64,000 nt of DNA, taken from Podarcis cretensis (taxonomy: Eukaryota). The translations under genes and the position numbers were made by a program. Below are positions 10,731 through 24,000 of this stretch, in pieces. The DNA is taken from positions 32,550,001 to 32,614,000 of the forward strand of contig OX638151.1 in assembly GCA_951804945.1 (NCBI GenBank). Direction: 5' to 3'. Positions within the stretch are counted from its first letter, which is position 1, and each line of letters begins with the position of its first letter. The notes beneath the pieces were generated by a model. The model searched no databases and was not told the origin of the DNA. It worked only from the letters and a program-made list of their open reading frames with translations.

Positions 10731-12939
10731 CCATTTTGGGGCAAGATGGCTCTGAAATCTTATTTTTTGATTATCAGCTAAACATCTGGCTAGTTCAGAT
10801 GACAACCTTCAGCAAAGTTAAGAAGTTTGAGAACTTAAAAGTAGAAAAGTCACTTGATCCAGGGACAGTCCACATATATGTTGGCCGACTCCGACCTCTT
10901 TTTCTTAATGGTGACACAGAGCATTCATAACGTAAGAATATTCTTCACAACTGTGAGCAAGCTACAGTAATTAACTATAATATTGTTCACTGCTTCTGCT
11001 CAGGCTGCACATAAAAAATCATTTTGGTTCCTGAAATTCATTCTGATTGTACAGATAAAATATGACTGACAGAATTCTCCAGGATGTGGTATTAAGTGTG
11101 TGAAAACAGTCAAGATCCCCAGGCATGCACCTCCAGATGGTGGAGATGTCAGGTGCCATCCTGGCACCTGGGCACCTTCACTTGGTCGCAAATGGTTGAT
11201 AGCCAGGTGCAAAATGCACCTGACACGTGGTTAATTTTGAACACAGGTAATAATTTATATCCCACTCTTCAGACAATAGTCTCCATACCACTTCTTACTT
11301 GATTTGCATTTTTAGCTTGCCTCTTGATCCAGAAGCATCCCCAAGGAAGTTTACGTAAATAATAATAAAAAGTTAGTTCTACCCACATGGCACTGCTCTA
11401 GGATAGCTTTCAAATAATGAATCAAGAATTTTGGTAGGCTTTAAATGAGGCAATTACATGCCAGAGTGACGCAGGCCCTAGTCCACCTGGCGAAGGTGGA
11501 ATTAGAAACTTCCCTATGCAAGGAATAAGAATGACAGACAAGAAGCTTTAGTTGTGGCAATATAGGCTTTCAGGGGCCTCAAGGAAATGGCAGGTCTTCT
11601 TAGTTGGGAGAAAGGAAGAAGGTAACGGGTGGACAGTGGAAAGCTGACAAAACTTTGCGCTGGGGGTGGATACAACACTGAGGAAGAATTTTAGATTGTG
11701 TCCGTGAGGGGAGGAGAGCTCCAGAATGTCTTAAAACGGCAAACTCTGACTGCTACCACTAGGCGGAGCTCAAATCATGGAATACAGTAATAGAATCATA
11801 CAATTGTAGAGTTGGAAGGGACCTGGAGTCCCACATGACGTAGTCTTGCAAGCACAAGAGAAGCTATATAAAATATTACACAGGTAACACCTTACTGCCA
11901 CAAAGATGTAAATTATATAAAGCCACTCAAGTTAGTTGTAGTGAGTATGGGGTAATGGGTGATAATTTCATGCATACATGTTGGGAGCATCCATTGTTGA
12001 GCCAATTTGGGTGTGTGTGTCTTAAATAGATTATTTCCTGTTTTTACAGACATGCTAAGATTCCGTTCCCCTGCAGCATATCTGAAGTGAATCTAGCACA
12101 CCCTAAAGATAAGGTTCTTATTGATTTTTTTTTTAAAAAATGGTTACAAAGTGTCATGACAGCATATCAGAATATCCTGGGACCACTAAAGAAAGCACTT
12201 TCTTTTTTGCCAGAAATTCACTGGCCTGATAATGACTTTGGAACAGGAAAGGGATTTTCAATGAACTACTGCAGAGATTTGTTCCCTTTTGTTGCTTACT
12301 GAAACAATGGCTAAAAATACTCAGAATAATGCATCTTTTTTGCCTGATGATGCACATACATTGTTAATAAATTAATTAAAATCTCTCTCTTTTTGCTAAA
12401 GACTATTTGCTATATAACATTTGAGGTCCTGGTATCCATGCTTATAGAGACACGGATGCATGCCCCTGTTTCTCAAAATATACTACAGCAAACTGATGCA
12501 GCCATTCCCACATTACAAAACTGATCATAGATAAGAATAAAGTGATACATGTGAAGATATCACTAAGACATCCAAGCCAGTCTCTAAGGTTGACTGGTAA
12601 CTACTACCCTTTATAAAACAACTCATGAGCGACACCACAATTTTAAAGATTTTAGGGGTGTTTGCATATAAAATGCTGGTTCAACATCCTTGCAATCATA
12701 ATGTAACGCTGTGTGCAGCAGTGGATTTGCACCACCATATACACCAATTTCCTGAAGCAGCAATTCTTAGCACCAAGCCACTGAAAATTGAACCTTTTAC
12801 AGCAAACCTTGTGAATTGCTGGATACCTCACATAAGTGATTTGAAAAGCAAGCTCTGTTTTCTTCACATCAGAAGGATCACCCAACAGAGGGCAGTAGAG
12901 ATTTACAGCTTCTACACATTTGTATCATTCTTCATTGTA

Positions 12940-13303
12940 AAGGTAAAGGTAAAGGTACCCCTGCCCATACGGGCCAGTCTTGACAGACTCTGGGGTTGTG
13001 CGCCCATCTCACTTAAGAGGCCAGGGGCCAGCGCTGTCCGGAGACACTTCCGGGTCACGTGGCCAGCGTGACATCGCTGCTCTGGCGAGCCAGAGCCGCA
13101 CACGGAAACACCGTTTACCTTCCCGCTGGTAAGCGGTCCCTATTTATCTACTTGCACCCGGGGGTGCTTTCGAACTGCTAGGTTGGCAGGCGCTGGGACC
13201 GAGCAGCGGGAGCGCACCCCGCCGCAGGGATTCGAACCGCCGACCTTTCGATCGGCAAGTCCTAGGCGCTGAGGCTTTAACCCACAGCGCCACCTGCGTC
13301 CCC
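12940..13303 (-). mobile_element. Full-length Sauria SINE (POM-like)
   Basis: tRNA-like head GGGACGCAGGTGGCGCTGTGGGTTAAA...GGTTCGAATCC, (ACCTTT)n tail, 12-bp TSD ttcttcattgta at 12928-12939 and 13307-13318. Confidence 0.92.
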
Positions 13304-14922
13304 AACTTCTTCATTGTAGTTCCCCTCAGTTCCCAAACCAATTTAGCTAGTTTTAACTTGTTCCCTTTTAATCTGTGCATTTTAAACTTTTTCAGTTTTA
13401 AATTTTGCTCCAGCTCACTTGGAATCACAATGACCCTTCTCATATATAGAATAACATCACTTACAACTTTAATGGCCTTAGTAACTTTTCTTTTGGAATT
13501 TTTGCAGAAGATAAAAGGGGAAAGTATCATATTCAGCTATTATAGTCACAAGGTGACTGACTACATTCACACCTGCTTAGTTTCAACAACTCTGCAGCAT
13601 CAGCACTCCCCAAGTCCATTCATTAAGACTCCTATCCTGTCATCTTGTTAATTCAGTGCTTAAATTTTCAATTAATGTTTAAGTTATTGCTGCCATATCC
13701 CCGAACATGCATTATAAAACCATAGATTTAGCTTCAGTTCATGTGGAAAACAACCTCCAAGCTAGCTAATTAGCAGGAAGAGATTATTCCAGCTGAGGTT
13801 CTATTAATTTACCCATCTCCTGTTTTCCCTTTGGGAAATGATTTACCTTTGTTTAAAAGATGCATCTCTCCATAAATACAAGCATTCGACTGACATAAGA
13901 TTGGTGGGCTAGTTCTGCCTAAACCTACCTCAAATATTGTTTAAGTAAGAATGAATGACCCTCAGATACTTGGAGGAAGGTTAGGATACAAATGCAACAA
14001 AACCCTACGCATGGATCCAATGAAGAAACAGGATGAGTGGAAAAGCCTTCCCTTAATCTAGAAGGGAAGTTCCTGATTGATATAAGCCAGTTTCCCCCTC
14101 CTTCTACAGCCCCCTGTTGCATCTCGTGCCATTTCAGAAGAAATTCCATTTCCCTGGCAGTGTAAGAGGCTGCAACACGACAGGGGAAAGCCCCACTCAG
14201 TTAAGTGCAACTCATCTTATTGTAAAAGTTGGATGCAACCAAGCCTGTCAGTTTTTCAGTTACTTCCTAAGATTTCAAACCCTAAAGTGTTGCAAGGACA
14301 AAATGTAGGATAGTGAAATTCCCTTCACAATAATGCAGAATCAATTAAAAGTGATTAGGCTTGCCCCTGCAGTTAAGGAACAACACAGCTAATCTCATAA
14401 ATCTACCTTTTTGTTTAGAGTGTTCTTTCCACTTACGCCCAGGTTAAGAGGGTTAATATATTAACTGATTTTCATTTATCAAATTAATTTATTTACTAAT
14501 TTATTAACTGCATCATGTCCCGGAACTGGTCTCTGGGTGTCTCCCAAAGCAAGGCAAAACACTTAAAACTGTAACCTAAAATCATAACACAATCTGCAAT
14601 TTAAAACATGATTAAAAGTATACTTCAGCTTACCAGGCCCTCCGGGTGTCCATATTTTCCAGGGACAGTCCTGGATTTACAAAAGCTGGTTTCTGATTTG
14701 ATCCCAGAATGCCCTGCTTTTCCTTAGTGAAGACACTGGGAGGGGAGGAAGATCCAAAGAAAATATGGGCGGCGACAAAGCCGTAGGGACAAAGGCAGGA
14801 AGATATCCTACTTCTCTCCTCCCACTGACACACACACAGACAAAAATATGTGTAAACGAGGCTTCTAACGTAAATGTATAGTTCTCTCTGGCACATGCTG
14901 CAGACCACACCCAAGAGGAATA

Positions 14923-15148
14923 CAGTCGTACCTTGGTTGACAAATGCCTTACCAGTCGAACGTTTTGGTTCCAGAATGCCGCAAACCCGAAAGTGAGTGT
15001 TCCGGTTTGCGAATTTTCTTTTGGAAGCCGAACGTCTGATGGGGCTTCCGATTGGCTGCAGGAAGCTCCTACAACCAACCAGAAGCTGCACCTTGGAAGT
15101 CGAACGGACTTCTGGAACTGATTCTGTTCAGCTTCCAAGGTACAACTG
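14923..15148. mobile_element. Tc1/mariner-Tigger MITE, family A
   Basis: TA|cagtcgtaccttgg...ccaaggtacaactg|TA; body homologous to 3115-3354. Confidence 0.85.
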
Positions 15149-15827
15149 TACATGGTTCTGGTTGGCTTGTGAACACCCACAGAAGGAATACACAGTTCCT
15201 TGTCCCCCAGCCCAGCTATAAATCTTTGGGGGTTTTATTGTCTTCATGGGGAGAAAAAAATGGGAGAGGAATGAGCAAAATAATCCACCACCCTAACTAA
15301 GCCATTTCTGTGGAAGGGAGGTGCTAGAGACAGAGGTAGGACCTGCTGGTAGTGACTTGGCTAAGCAGAAAAGATGGGCAGAAGCATCTTGGAAGCCTCT
15401 TGGTAGGTGGAAATGTATTAATAATGACTGTGGGTCAAAGACTCGACCTTGGCTTTGGAGGGTCAACCGAGGAGCCTCCACTGTAAAAGCTTGACCCTTC
15501 TTTTGACCAATGCTGAAAGAGAGATAAAAATGTTCTATAAAAAAAAAAGTTTCTTTCGGTTTCTTTTTTCTTTAAGTCACTAAAGCTATTTTTGGTGTCC
15601 TACTTTTCTCTTCTTTAAAAACGCAAAAATAAATTCCTGTCCCAGATTCCTAAGGAATGGAAGTAGAGTAACTTTTTAAAAATGGAAAACTTATTTAACA
15701 TTTTACAATTACTTATTTTCTTGATTAAATAGCTAGTTCAGGTTAATTAAAATACCTATTCTCATGATTAAACTATCTTTTAGCTGCATTATACTCAAAC
15801 TGTGCTAACTGTGCATTATACACTCCA

Positions 15828-16142
15828 GTATGTGAGTGTCTGAGGGCCCTGCTCCTTCTTGCCACTCACCATCTGGCCTGGGGCGGGGCCTGAAGCCTCA
15901 CAGGGACTGCTGCGCTCTGCTGCCCAGGAGGACTCTCCTGTATGTGAGTGTCTGAGGGCCCTGCTCCTTCCTGCCACTCACCATCTGGCCTGGGGCGGGG
16001 CCTGAAGCCTCATAAGGACTGCTGCACTCCGCTGCCCAGGAGGACTCTCCTGTGTGAGTGTATGGGGCCCTGCTCCTTCCTGCCACTTACCACCTGGCCC
16101 AGGGCAGGGCCTGACGGGCCTCACTAGGACAGTTGCTGTTAC
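15828..16142 (+). repeat. About 2.8 tandem 112-bp GC-rich monomers at the L2 5' end
   Basis: Units start at 15828, 15940 and 16052; GC box GGGGCGGGGC in the first two units, degenerate in the third. Confidence 0.9.
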
Positions 16143-16395
16143 TGCTGGAGGGGTGCAGAGTGCTTTTAAAATGTTTATAAAATTTTATTTTGAATTTTTT
16201 GTATGTGGGGGGTGGGGGTGGGGTGGGGTGGGGTGGATGTTTATTGGGCCTGGGAATTTGTTTGATTTTATGTTTTTGTAATTTTTATTGTTTTTTGTTT
16301 GTATTGTTTTATTTGTGTTTATTTTTTTTTAAGGTGTTATTTTGTTCTTAAGGGGAGGGGTCAGGGCTGCTGGGGAGTTGGTCCCAGCCAACAAA

Positions 16396-19300
16396 ATGGC
16401 TGGGGCATGTTCCACAGGGGGGGATGCACTGGGACAACCAATCTCAGTGATCACGGGTAGGAGGAGGAGTTACGCTAAGACCAGACCATGTCATTACAGA
16501 GGAGGCAGGTTTAGCCGTTGTCTGAGGACTATCCCTGCCTCCGGGTCTGGTCCTGACCGGATGGATACTAGAATCAGCAAGGGATACCCACATGACCTGA
16601 AAGTGTTGCTGTGCAATGCCAGGTCAATGATTCATAAGACCACTGCCATCCATGACTTGATCATGGATGGAGGACTTGACCTGGCATGTGTAACAGAGAC
16701 TTGGTTGAATGAAGCAGATGGGCCTGTCCTTGCCGCTGCTTGTCCTCCAGGTTTCTCTTACGCACAGCAACCCAGGTCATGTGGGCGGGGAGGGGGGGTT
16801 GCAGTGATTTTTAGGAAGTCATTAGTTTGCACCAGGCGTCCTATTGGGAAGACCCAATTTTCCGAGTGCATGTTCTGGAAGTTGGGCAATAGGGGCAGTA
16901 CAGGATTCCTTTTGGTGTACCGACCTCCCCGCTGCACCAAGGATTCCCTGCCCGAGCTGCTTCAGGTCGTGGCGGATGTTCTCCTGGAGACACCGAGCTT
17001 GGTTGTCCTAGGGGATTTTAACATCCACGCCGACACGACCTTACAAGGGGCCGCTCGGGAGTTCGTGGAAAGCATGGCCTCCATGGGGCTGTCCCTGAAT
17101 AAGTCTGGCCCAACCCATAGCCGCGGACATGCCTTGGACCTGGTGTTTACCTCTATGGATGTTGGTGATCTGACACGAAGTAAAAGTGAAACAAAAGAAG
17201 TGCCATGGTCAGATCACTTCCTGGTGCAACTGGACTTCTCTGCGACCCATCCCCTCTGCAGGGAGGTGGGACCGATTCGGATGGTCCGCCCCCGCCACTT
17301 AATGGATCCAAATGGTTTCCAGAGAGTGGTAGGGGATGCTTTATCCCATGTTGATGGCCTTTCAGCCGATTCCCTGGTGGCCCGCTGGAATGTGGAGTTA
17401 ACCAGGGCTATTGACTGTTTGGCTCCGAAGCGTCCTCTCCGATTGCATGGAGCCCGGAGAGCCCCGTGGTTTTCCACGGATCTGAGGGCAATGAAACAAT
17501 CGTTGAGACGGCTAGAGCGCCGGTGGCGGATAACTCATTCCGAATCTGACCGGACACAGGTTAGAGCTCAACGTCGAGCCTACCAAGTGGCGATAGCGAC
17601 GGTGAAGAAGACTTTCTTCACCGCCTCTATTGCATCTGCAGAAAACAGCAGCAGGAGACTCTTTCAGGTGGTTCACAATTTAGCGGAACCACCTGTAACA
17701 TCGGGGCCCAGTACGGGCCATATGTTCTCCTGCAATGATTTTGCAAATTTTTTTTGCAGATAAAATCGCTCAGATTTGGGAAGAAGTAGACTCCACCGTG
17801 GGAGCAGGGCCGGGGCGGGAGAGTGCTAGAGTCCTGTCTGGTCAAGTTGTGTGGGATCAATTCCAATCTGTTACCTCCGAGGATGTGGACAGGCTGCTTG
17901 GATGAGTGAAGCCAACCACCTGTCTCCTGGATCCTTGCCCATCCTGGCTTATAAAAGCTAGCCGGGAAGGACTGGGCGATGGGCTTCGTGGGGTGGTGAA
18001 TGCTTCCCTCCGTGAGGGAGCCTTCCCAGACCCGCTGAAAGAGGCGGTTATTAAACCGCTTCTTAAAAAACCATCTTTAGATGCGGCCACGATGGCCAAT
18101 TATCGCCCAGTCTCAAACCTTCCATTCTTGGGCAAGGTGATTGAGCGAGTGGTTGCTGAACAACTCCAGGCACGCCTGGAAGAAGCGGACCATTTGGATC
18201 CCTTCCAGTCGGGATTCAGGCCTCATCATGGGACTAAAACTGCCTTGGTCGCACTGGTTGATGATCTCTGGCGGGCTAGGGACAAAGGTGAGAGCTGTTT
18301 CCTAGTTCTGCTGGATCTCTCAGCGGCGTTTGATACCATCGACCATAACATCCTTCTGGACCGTCTTGAGGGGCTGGGAGCTGGGGGCACTGTCATACAG
18401 TGGTTCCGCTCCTTCCTCCTGGGCCGTGTTCAGAAAGTGGTGGTGGGGGATGAGTGTTCAGACCCCTGGGCTCTCACTTGTGGGGTGCCTCAGGGTTCTG
18501 TCCTCTCCCCCATGCTTTTCAACATTTACATGCAGCCACTGGGAGAGATCGTCAGGAGGTTTGGGCTGGGTGTTCATGAGTATGCAGATGATACCCAGCT
18601 CTACCTCTCTTTTAAATCAGAACCAGTGAAGGCGGTGAAGGTCCTGTGTGAGTGTCTGGAAGCGGTTGGAGGATGGATGGCGGCTAACAGATTGAGGTTG
18701 AATCCTGACAAGACAGAAGTACTGTTTTTGGGGGACAGGAGGCGGGCAGGTGTGGAGGATTCCCTGGTCCTGAATGGGGTAACTGTGCCCCTGAAGGACC
18801 AGGTGCGCAGCCTGGGAGTCATTTTGGACTCACAGCTGTCCATGGAGGCACAGGTCAAATCTGTATCCAGGGCAGCTGTTTACCAGCTCCATCTGGTACG
18901 TAGGCTGAGACCCTATCTGCCTGCAGACTGTCTCGCCAGAGTGGTACATGCTCTGGTTATCTCCCGCTTGGACTACTGCAATGCGCTCTACGTGGGGCTA
19001 CCTTTGAAGGTGACCCGGAAACTACAACTAATCCAGAATGCGGCAGCTAGACTGGTGACTGGGAGCGGCCGCCGAGACCATATAACACCGGTCTTGAAAG
19101 ACCTACATTGGCTCCCAGTACGTTTCCGAGCACAATTCAAAGTGTTGGTGCTGACCTTTAAAGCCCTAAATGGCCTCGGTCCAGTATATCTGAAGGAGCG
19201 TCTCCTCCCCCATCGTTCTGCCCGGACACTGAGGTCCAGCTCCGAGGGCCTTCTGGCGGTTCCCTCACTGCGAGAGGCCAAGTTACAGGGAACCAGGCAG

Positions 19301-19429
19301 AGGGCCTTCTCGGTAGTGGCGCCCACCCTGTGGAATGCCCTCCCATCAGATGTCAAAGCGATAAACAACTACCTGACATTCAGAAGACATCTGAAGGCAG
19401 CCCTGTTCAGGGAAGTTTTTAATATGTGA
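16396..19429 (+). pseudogene. L2 APE endonuclease + reverse transcriptase ORF with one +1 frameshift and one nonsense codon
   Basis: APE motifs CNARS, TETW, GGGVA, LGDFN, LDLVF, SDHF; RT motifs NYRPVSNLPFLGKVIE, QSGFR, LDLSAAFD, GVPQGSVLSP, YADD. Extra T in the T8 run at 17748-17755; TGA at 17903-17905; the intervening frame is open. Confidence 0.92.
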
Positions 19430-19514
19430 CATTTTAGTGTATTTTTTATCTTTGTTGGAAGCCGCCCAGAGTGGCTGGGGAAACCCAGCCAGATGGGCGG
19501 GGTACAAATAATAA

Positions 19515-19565
<51 letters not shown>

Positions 19566-19939
19566 CTCAAAAGCCAAGTAAGGAAATTCATACTTCAGAA
19601 GAAAAGCATTTACAACTTGAAAAGCTGATCCTCATTTGCTTTTAATATCCCTTTAAAATATCAGCTTGGCAGATCTTTAATCTTTTCTTGCATGAAAAGA
19701 ATACAAACTGTTTTTCCTGGTTTTATATTGTCAGTGTTGAAATATTCTAGACACAATGGCACAGGGGGAATCTTCCTTACCTATCAGTACTAAGAAGGAT
19801 ACCATGCTAACTCCTAAAATATACTAGAAGTTATTGTTATATTAGCAACAATATTTCCATGCTGCCCATAACCAAAAATTTTCTGGGTAGCGTACATAAA
19901 AACTGTCATATTATTATATGAACTGGGGAGGTGTGGTGG

Positions 19940-20260
19940 GAATCATGGCAGGGATTGAGCGCTCCACAGCTGGAATGCTATCAGAGAGAAGGCCCTTCCT
20001 TTCATAGTCACCCATCAGATATCACTTGGCATTGACACTGCAACTTCACTGTCGAGGTAGTATATGGGAGGAGCCAATGTTTCAGGTAAACTGGCTCCAA
20101 GCCATTTATGGGTTTGAAGGTTAAAAACAGCACTTTTAATTGGTTCCAGAAATGGACTAGAAGAGTGGAACTGATAAAATATTATAAAATATATTCAAAA
20201 TGTTGACTTCTAGTTAACAACCTTTCAACCCTATACTGGACCAACTGAAGTTCCAAAGGC
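19940..20260 (-). mobile_element. Old L2 3' fragment
   Basis: gagaaggccctt...ggtttgaaggttaaaaacagcacttttaattgg is the reverse complement of the L2 RT C-terminal region. Confidence 0.6.
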
Positions 20261-20319
20261 ATGCTCAAGTACAATGCAAAATGTTAATTTAAACTATTGT
20301 TGACTCCACAACTGATTAA

Positions 20320-21030
20320 TCTTTATTAGGATGAACAAAAAGTCACAAAAATGTGGCAAACTTTTGAGTTGGAAAACTCTTAATCAGACTGCAAGATGAG
20401 CATATCTCGCCTAGGGTGCTACAGTTATCAAGTTGCATTGCTAGGTTACAAGCCAGACTTTATTTTCTTAAACAATGTGGAAAACAGCCATGACTGCTTT
20501 ATTCTAGTAGTTAAGTGGAAGGCACATACTTTATCTGTAGTACCTGGAAGGGACAAACTGAACCTCCAATCCCCATTCTGGAACTAAGTCTACAAGCTTG
20601 CCTAATAGCTACAACATACAGTGGTACCTCTGGTTAAGTACTTAATTCGTTCCAGAGGTCCGTTCTTAACCTGAAATTGTTATTAACCTGAAGCACCATT
20701 TTAGCTGATGGGGCCTCCTGCTGCTGCTGCGCCGCCGGAGCACAATTTCTGTTCTCATCCTGAAGCAAAGTTCTTAACCTGAAGCACTATTTCTGGGTTA
20801 GCGGAGTCTGTAACCTGAATCATATGTAACCTGAATCATATGTAACCTGAATCATATGTAACCTGAGGTACCACTGTATTGCCTTAAATAAAAAAAAAAC
20901 CTTTTCCACATCCCACCAGACCTGGATTTCTGCAACATCTTACAGTTACAGTATTCTGGAGAACTTGAAAGTTTGACACATTTTTTTTTTTTTTTACTTT
21001 TTTGGTTGGTCCGAATGAAGGCATTGCCCA
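20320..21030. mobile_element. Degenerate Penelope-like remnant with inverted ends, interrupted by the MITE at 20619
   Basis: ctttattagg...aaacttttgagtt...ctcttaatcag (left) is an inverted match to gagaacttgaaagtttgacac...ttggtccgaatgaaggcatt (right). Confidence 0.5.
20619..20876. mobile_element. Tc1/mariner-Tigger MITE, family B, with expanded 16-bp subterminal repeat
   Basis: TA|cagtggtacctc...gaggtaccactg|TA; (tgtaacctgaatcata)x3 at 20809-20856. Confidence 0.88.
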
Positions 21031-24000
21031 TTTGGAGTTGTTGCTTTTCCCCTTATGTGCCTTTAAGCAAACTGCTGTAGAAAATACTGGCATGTTACTG
21101 AATTCAGGACCTTCAAAGAAGTTAACAAAGGCAACTTCAACCAAACTAGCAAACAAGCTTACAGAAGTTCCTAACCTACTTTGTTACTGTACCTGTCTAC
21201 ACACACAAGTTTCAGTGATTTTGCCTCATCTGCAGCCTGAGAGTACCAACACACACACTCTCCACTAGTCAACAAATATTTCTTGCCGGATCACCTGAAA
21301 GCGTTTTTGACATGTCACACATGGAAAGCTTATTTAAGAGCTTGAAGACTACCTAAAAATAGAGTCTGCATTGATTTTTCTGGGCAAAAGTGTAATCAAC
21401 CTCTTCAAAGATTAAAGTCACTCTGGTGTCTTAAAAGTCATTCAAAAGCTATTTTGAAATTTGCTAGTTTGGTTTACTAAAGTTGTTTAAAAAAAATAAA
21501 TACTGCAGGATAGGTTAGGAATTTAAAATCACACAGTAACCAAAACATCCTTATTTACAGCCTCATCACAAACATTCAAAAGCATGGATGAGAATCATCA
21601 GCCAAATCGTACATTTTCTATATTATCCTATATTATCAAATGGATATCAGTCTAGTTCAACAGTTCCTAATGTTTTGGGGCCTGGGGGCACATTTGAAAA
21701 TCTAAGAAACTGTCACAAGCACCACAAAATGCCCATTTCACAAAAGAAAAGCTAGCAATGCTCAGAAACCCTCCTCTTCCAACAAAACAAAAAACAACAA
21801 CAGGCAAAATACCCACTAAACACAGACAAGCTCCCCCCACCCAAAACAGAACAGGCAGTCACTCCAATAAATTCAAAGAACCTATCTAATTTTAAAATTA
21901 AAAAATAAAAATTAGAAGGGAAAGGGTGCACAGTGGGCACCTGGAGCTGCCTGAGGGTGAGAAGTGCTCATGAGATCCCAGATCTAGTCTATTATTTTTA
22001 AAAGATATGGAGCAGAATGCTGCTGTACGCACAGCTAAAAAACTTGTTTTGGTTACATATACCCATATTCAAATGCTCCTGTGATACAAAAATGCCTATA
22101 AATTTACATAGAGACAAATCCCCCTCAAGTGATTTTCAAAAGTAATACCTCTAGGTATTTTCATTAACTTTCATTACATGAGGCTGGCTAGACTTTCACT
22201 ACGTGTGTGGAAATGGGTTAAGAGTAATTCAGCTTCTTTGGAAAAATTTAAATTGATTACTTACAGCAGAAGCCGGTCAACCTTTGGTCCATCATACCTC
22301 TGAAGGATAAGTGGAGGCCTATACACTTTCATTGTTTCTGAAGTCTGTATACTAATTCTTACAGCTGCCCTCTTTATAAGCATAGGCATGCAGTAATTAC
22401 TTTATTTATAGATATTAACTCAATCAGCTACCAGCTGATATAAGATACAGCAACGGATTTACATTCATGACATTCGCACCCCTTCTAGCTGCTATATTAA
22501 CATCATGAATCGTTTAAAGATATATTATGAACTAATGCTCTATTTAAACACAACAGTTAGGATCTTTTATTCTGAGAATCTTAAAATGGGGTTCCGGATA
22601 TTATATTCAACAGAGAATGCATTAGAACTGAACAAGCCCAGCAATTATTTTAGCTGTTTGTTGCTACCTGTGTTGGTGTCAACCATCCTGAAAGACTCTA
22701 GAACAGTGAAAATCAATGAGGTGCCCTCCAGATGTTTTTGGATTACAACTCCCCGACCAGCACGAAGGGTTGCTGAGTGGGACTGGTAGTCCACAGCTCC
22801 TGGAGGGCACCATATTGGCATGGGCAGTAGCTGCAGGGATAGCCAAACAGGAGGCAATCCACATTTGACAAATATTTACTTCACATTAAGAGAAGTGCTG
22901 TATGTGTACAACAAATGCACAATCTAAGAATAGGATTCACTGGTCTGATCAATCTGATTCCTTACTTTCAAACACTACCCATACTTTGTGCTTACAAAAG
23001 AAATAACAGCAACCAGTTATCATTTAATCCCACCCTCCTGTCTCCCTAGAACATATTCTTATGCCTGAAGCACCCCTTACAGGTCTATTAGCTAGCACCA
23101 GTGCTCAAGTGTTCTTATAAGAACTGCCCCCCACCAAAATGTTTAATATCAGTACCCTATAATTGCTTGGTTCTTAGCCTATTCTTGATGGACATCTTAT
23201 AAATAAATCCCATTAAGTTCGCTGGTGCTTATAAGCGTATAAAGGACGGCTGCCTTTAGCACTTTAAAGAAAGCTGAAAATAATACAATTAAACCAGCAG
23301 TCCCCTTTGGGAATCTCCTTTTAAATACCTAAATTCCATCTTTCCCTGCTCAGTCTTCTTCTTCCTTAGTATGCTGTACTCAATTCCTTCAGAACTGCTT
23401 CATAGGGTCTGCTTTCTAAACATGTTATCATCTGTGTACATTTCCGATGAACCTTTTCCAATTGTTGAAATTAAACTTAAGCTCAAGGAATCATCCCAAA
23501 ACCCCAAAGAAAAACAAACTAGCATGAACAACTTGGGAAAGCTGCCTGTCCTATATATCTGACTGGATGACATCACTGTATTTCTTACAAAAATGGCTCC
23601 TGTGGGCCATTTTGCACTTCAAAGTTGGCATTGATTGTTTTATATATTTCCTCTAACACTAAATATAAGACTGCAAAATGCAGAAAGTTAAATAAATCAA
23701 TATAATAACAAGTATAATTCTATTAGGTCCATTAACATTAAGTAGTAAACCATAGCCTTGGTAAAATGTAGTTTTACAACAGAAACAAAACAAAAAAAAC
23801 CCTCTAGAAAGAAATACATCAACACAAAAATTACCCCCCACATATTTCTGTTTATTAAACAATGGCTTTGTGTAATGTACACATCTTGCCCTGCAGCTTA
23901 ACAAAACACAGTGTGAAGCCATTTTGGGGGTGGGGGTTGGCTTATGAACCTTGGTTTGTTTTAACTAGGTCTTGGCAGTACATGTGAACCCAATACCCAC

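Larger units (their letters stand above)
15828..19560 (+). mobile_element. Near full-length young L2-clade LINE, antisense to ENAH in intron 4
   Basis: 5' tandem monomers, APE+RT reading frame, 3' stem-loop at 19461-19500 and (TAT)n tail at 19516-19560. Confidence 0.93.

Noticed and set aside
13200-13303. tRNA gene
   Set aside because: The A/B boxes belong to the tRNA-derived head of a Sauria SINE
15828-16142. Tandem repeats as a CRISPR-like array
   Set aside because: Contiguous monomers with no unique spacers, in eukaryotic LINE context
22265-22318. 54-nt in-frame segment (PPLILQRYDGPKVDRLLL) with a gtaagt donor in intron 4
   Set aside because: The acceptor lacks a polypyrimidine tract and I recall no homologous peptide; probably chance
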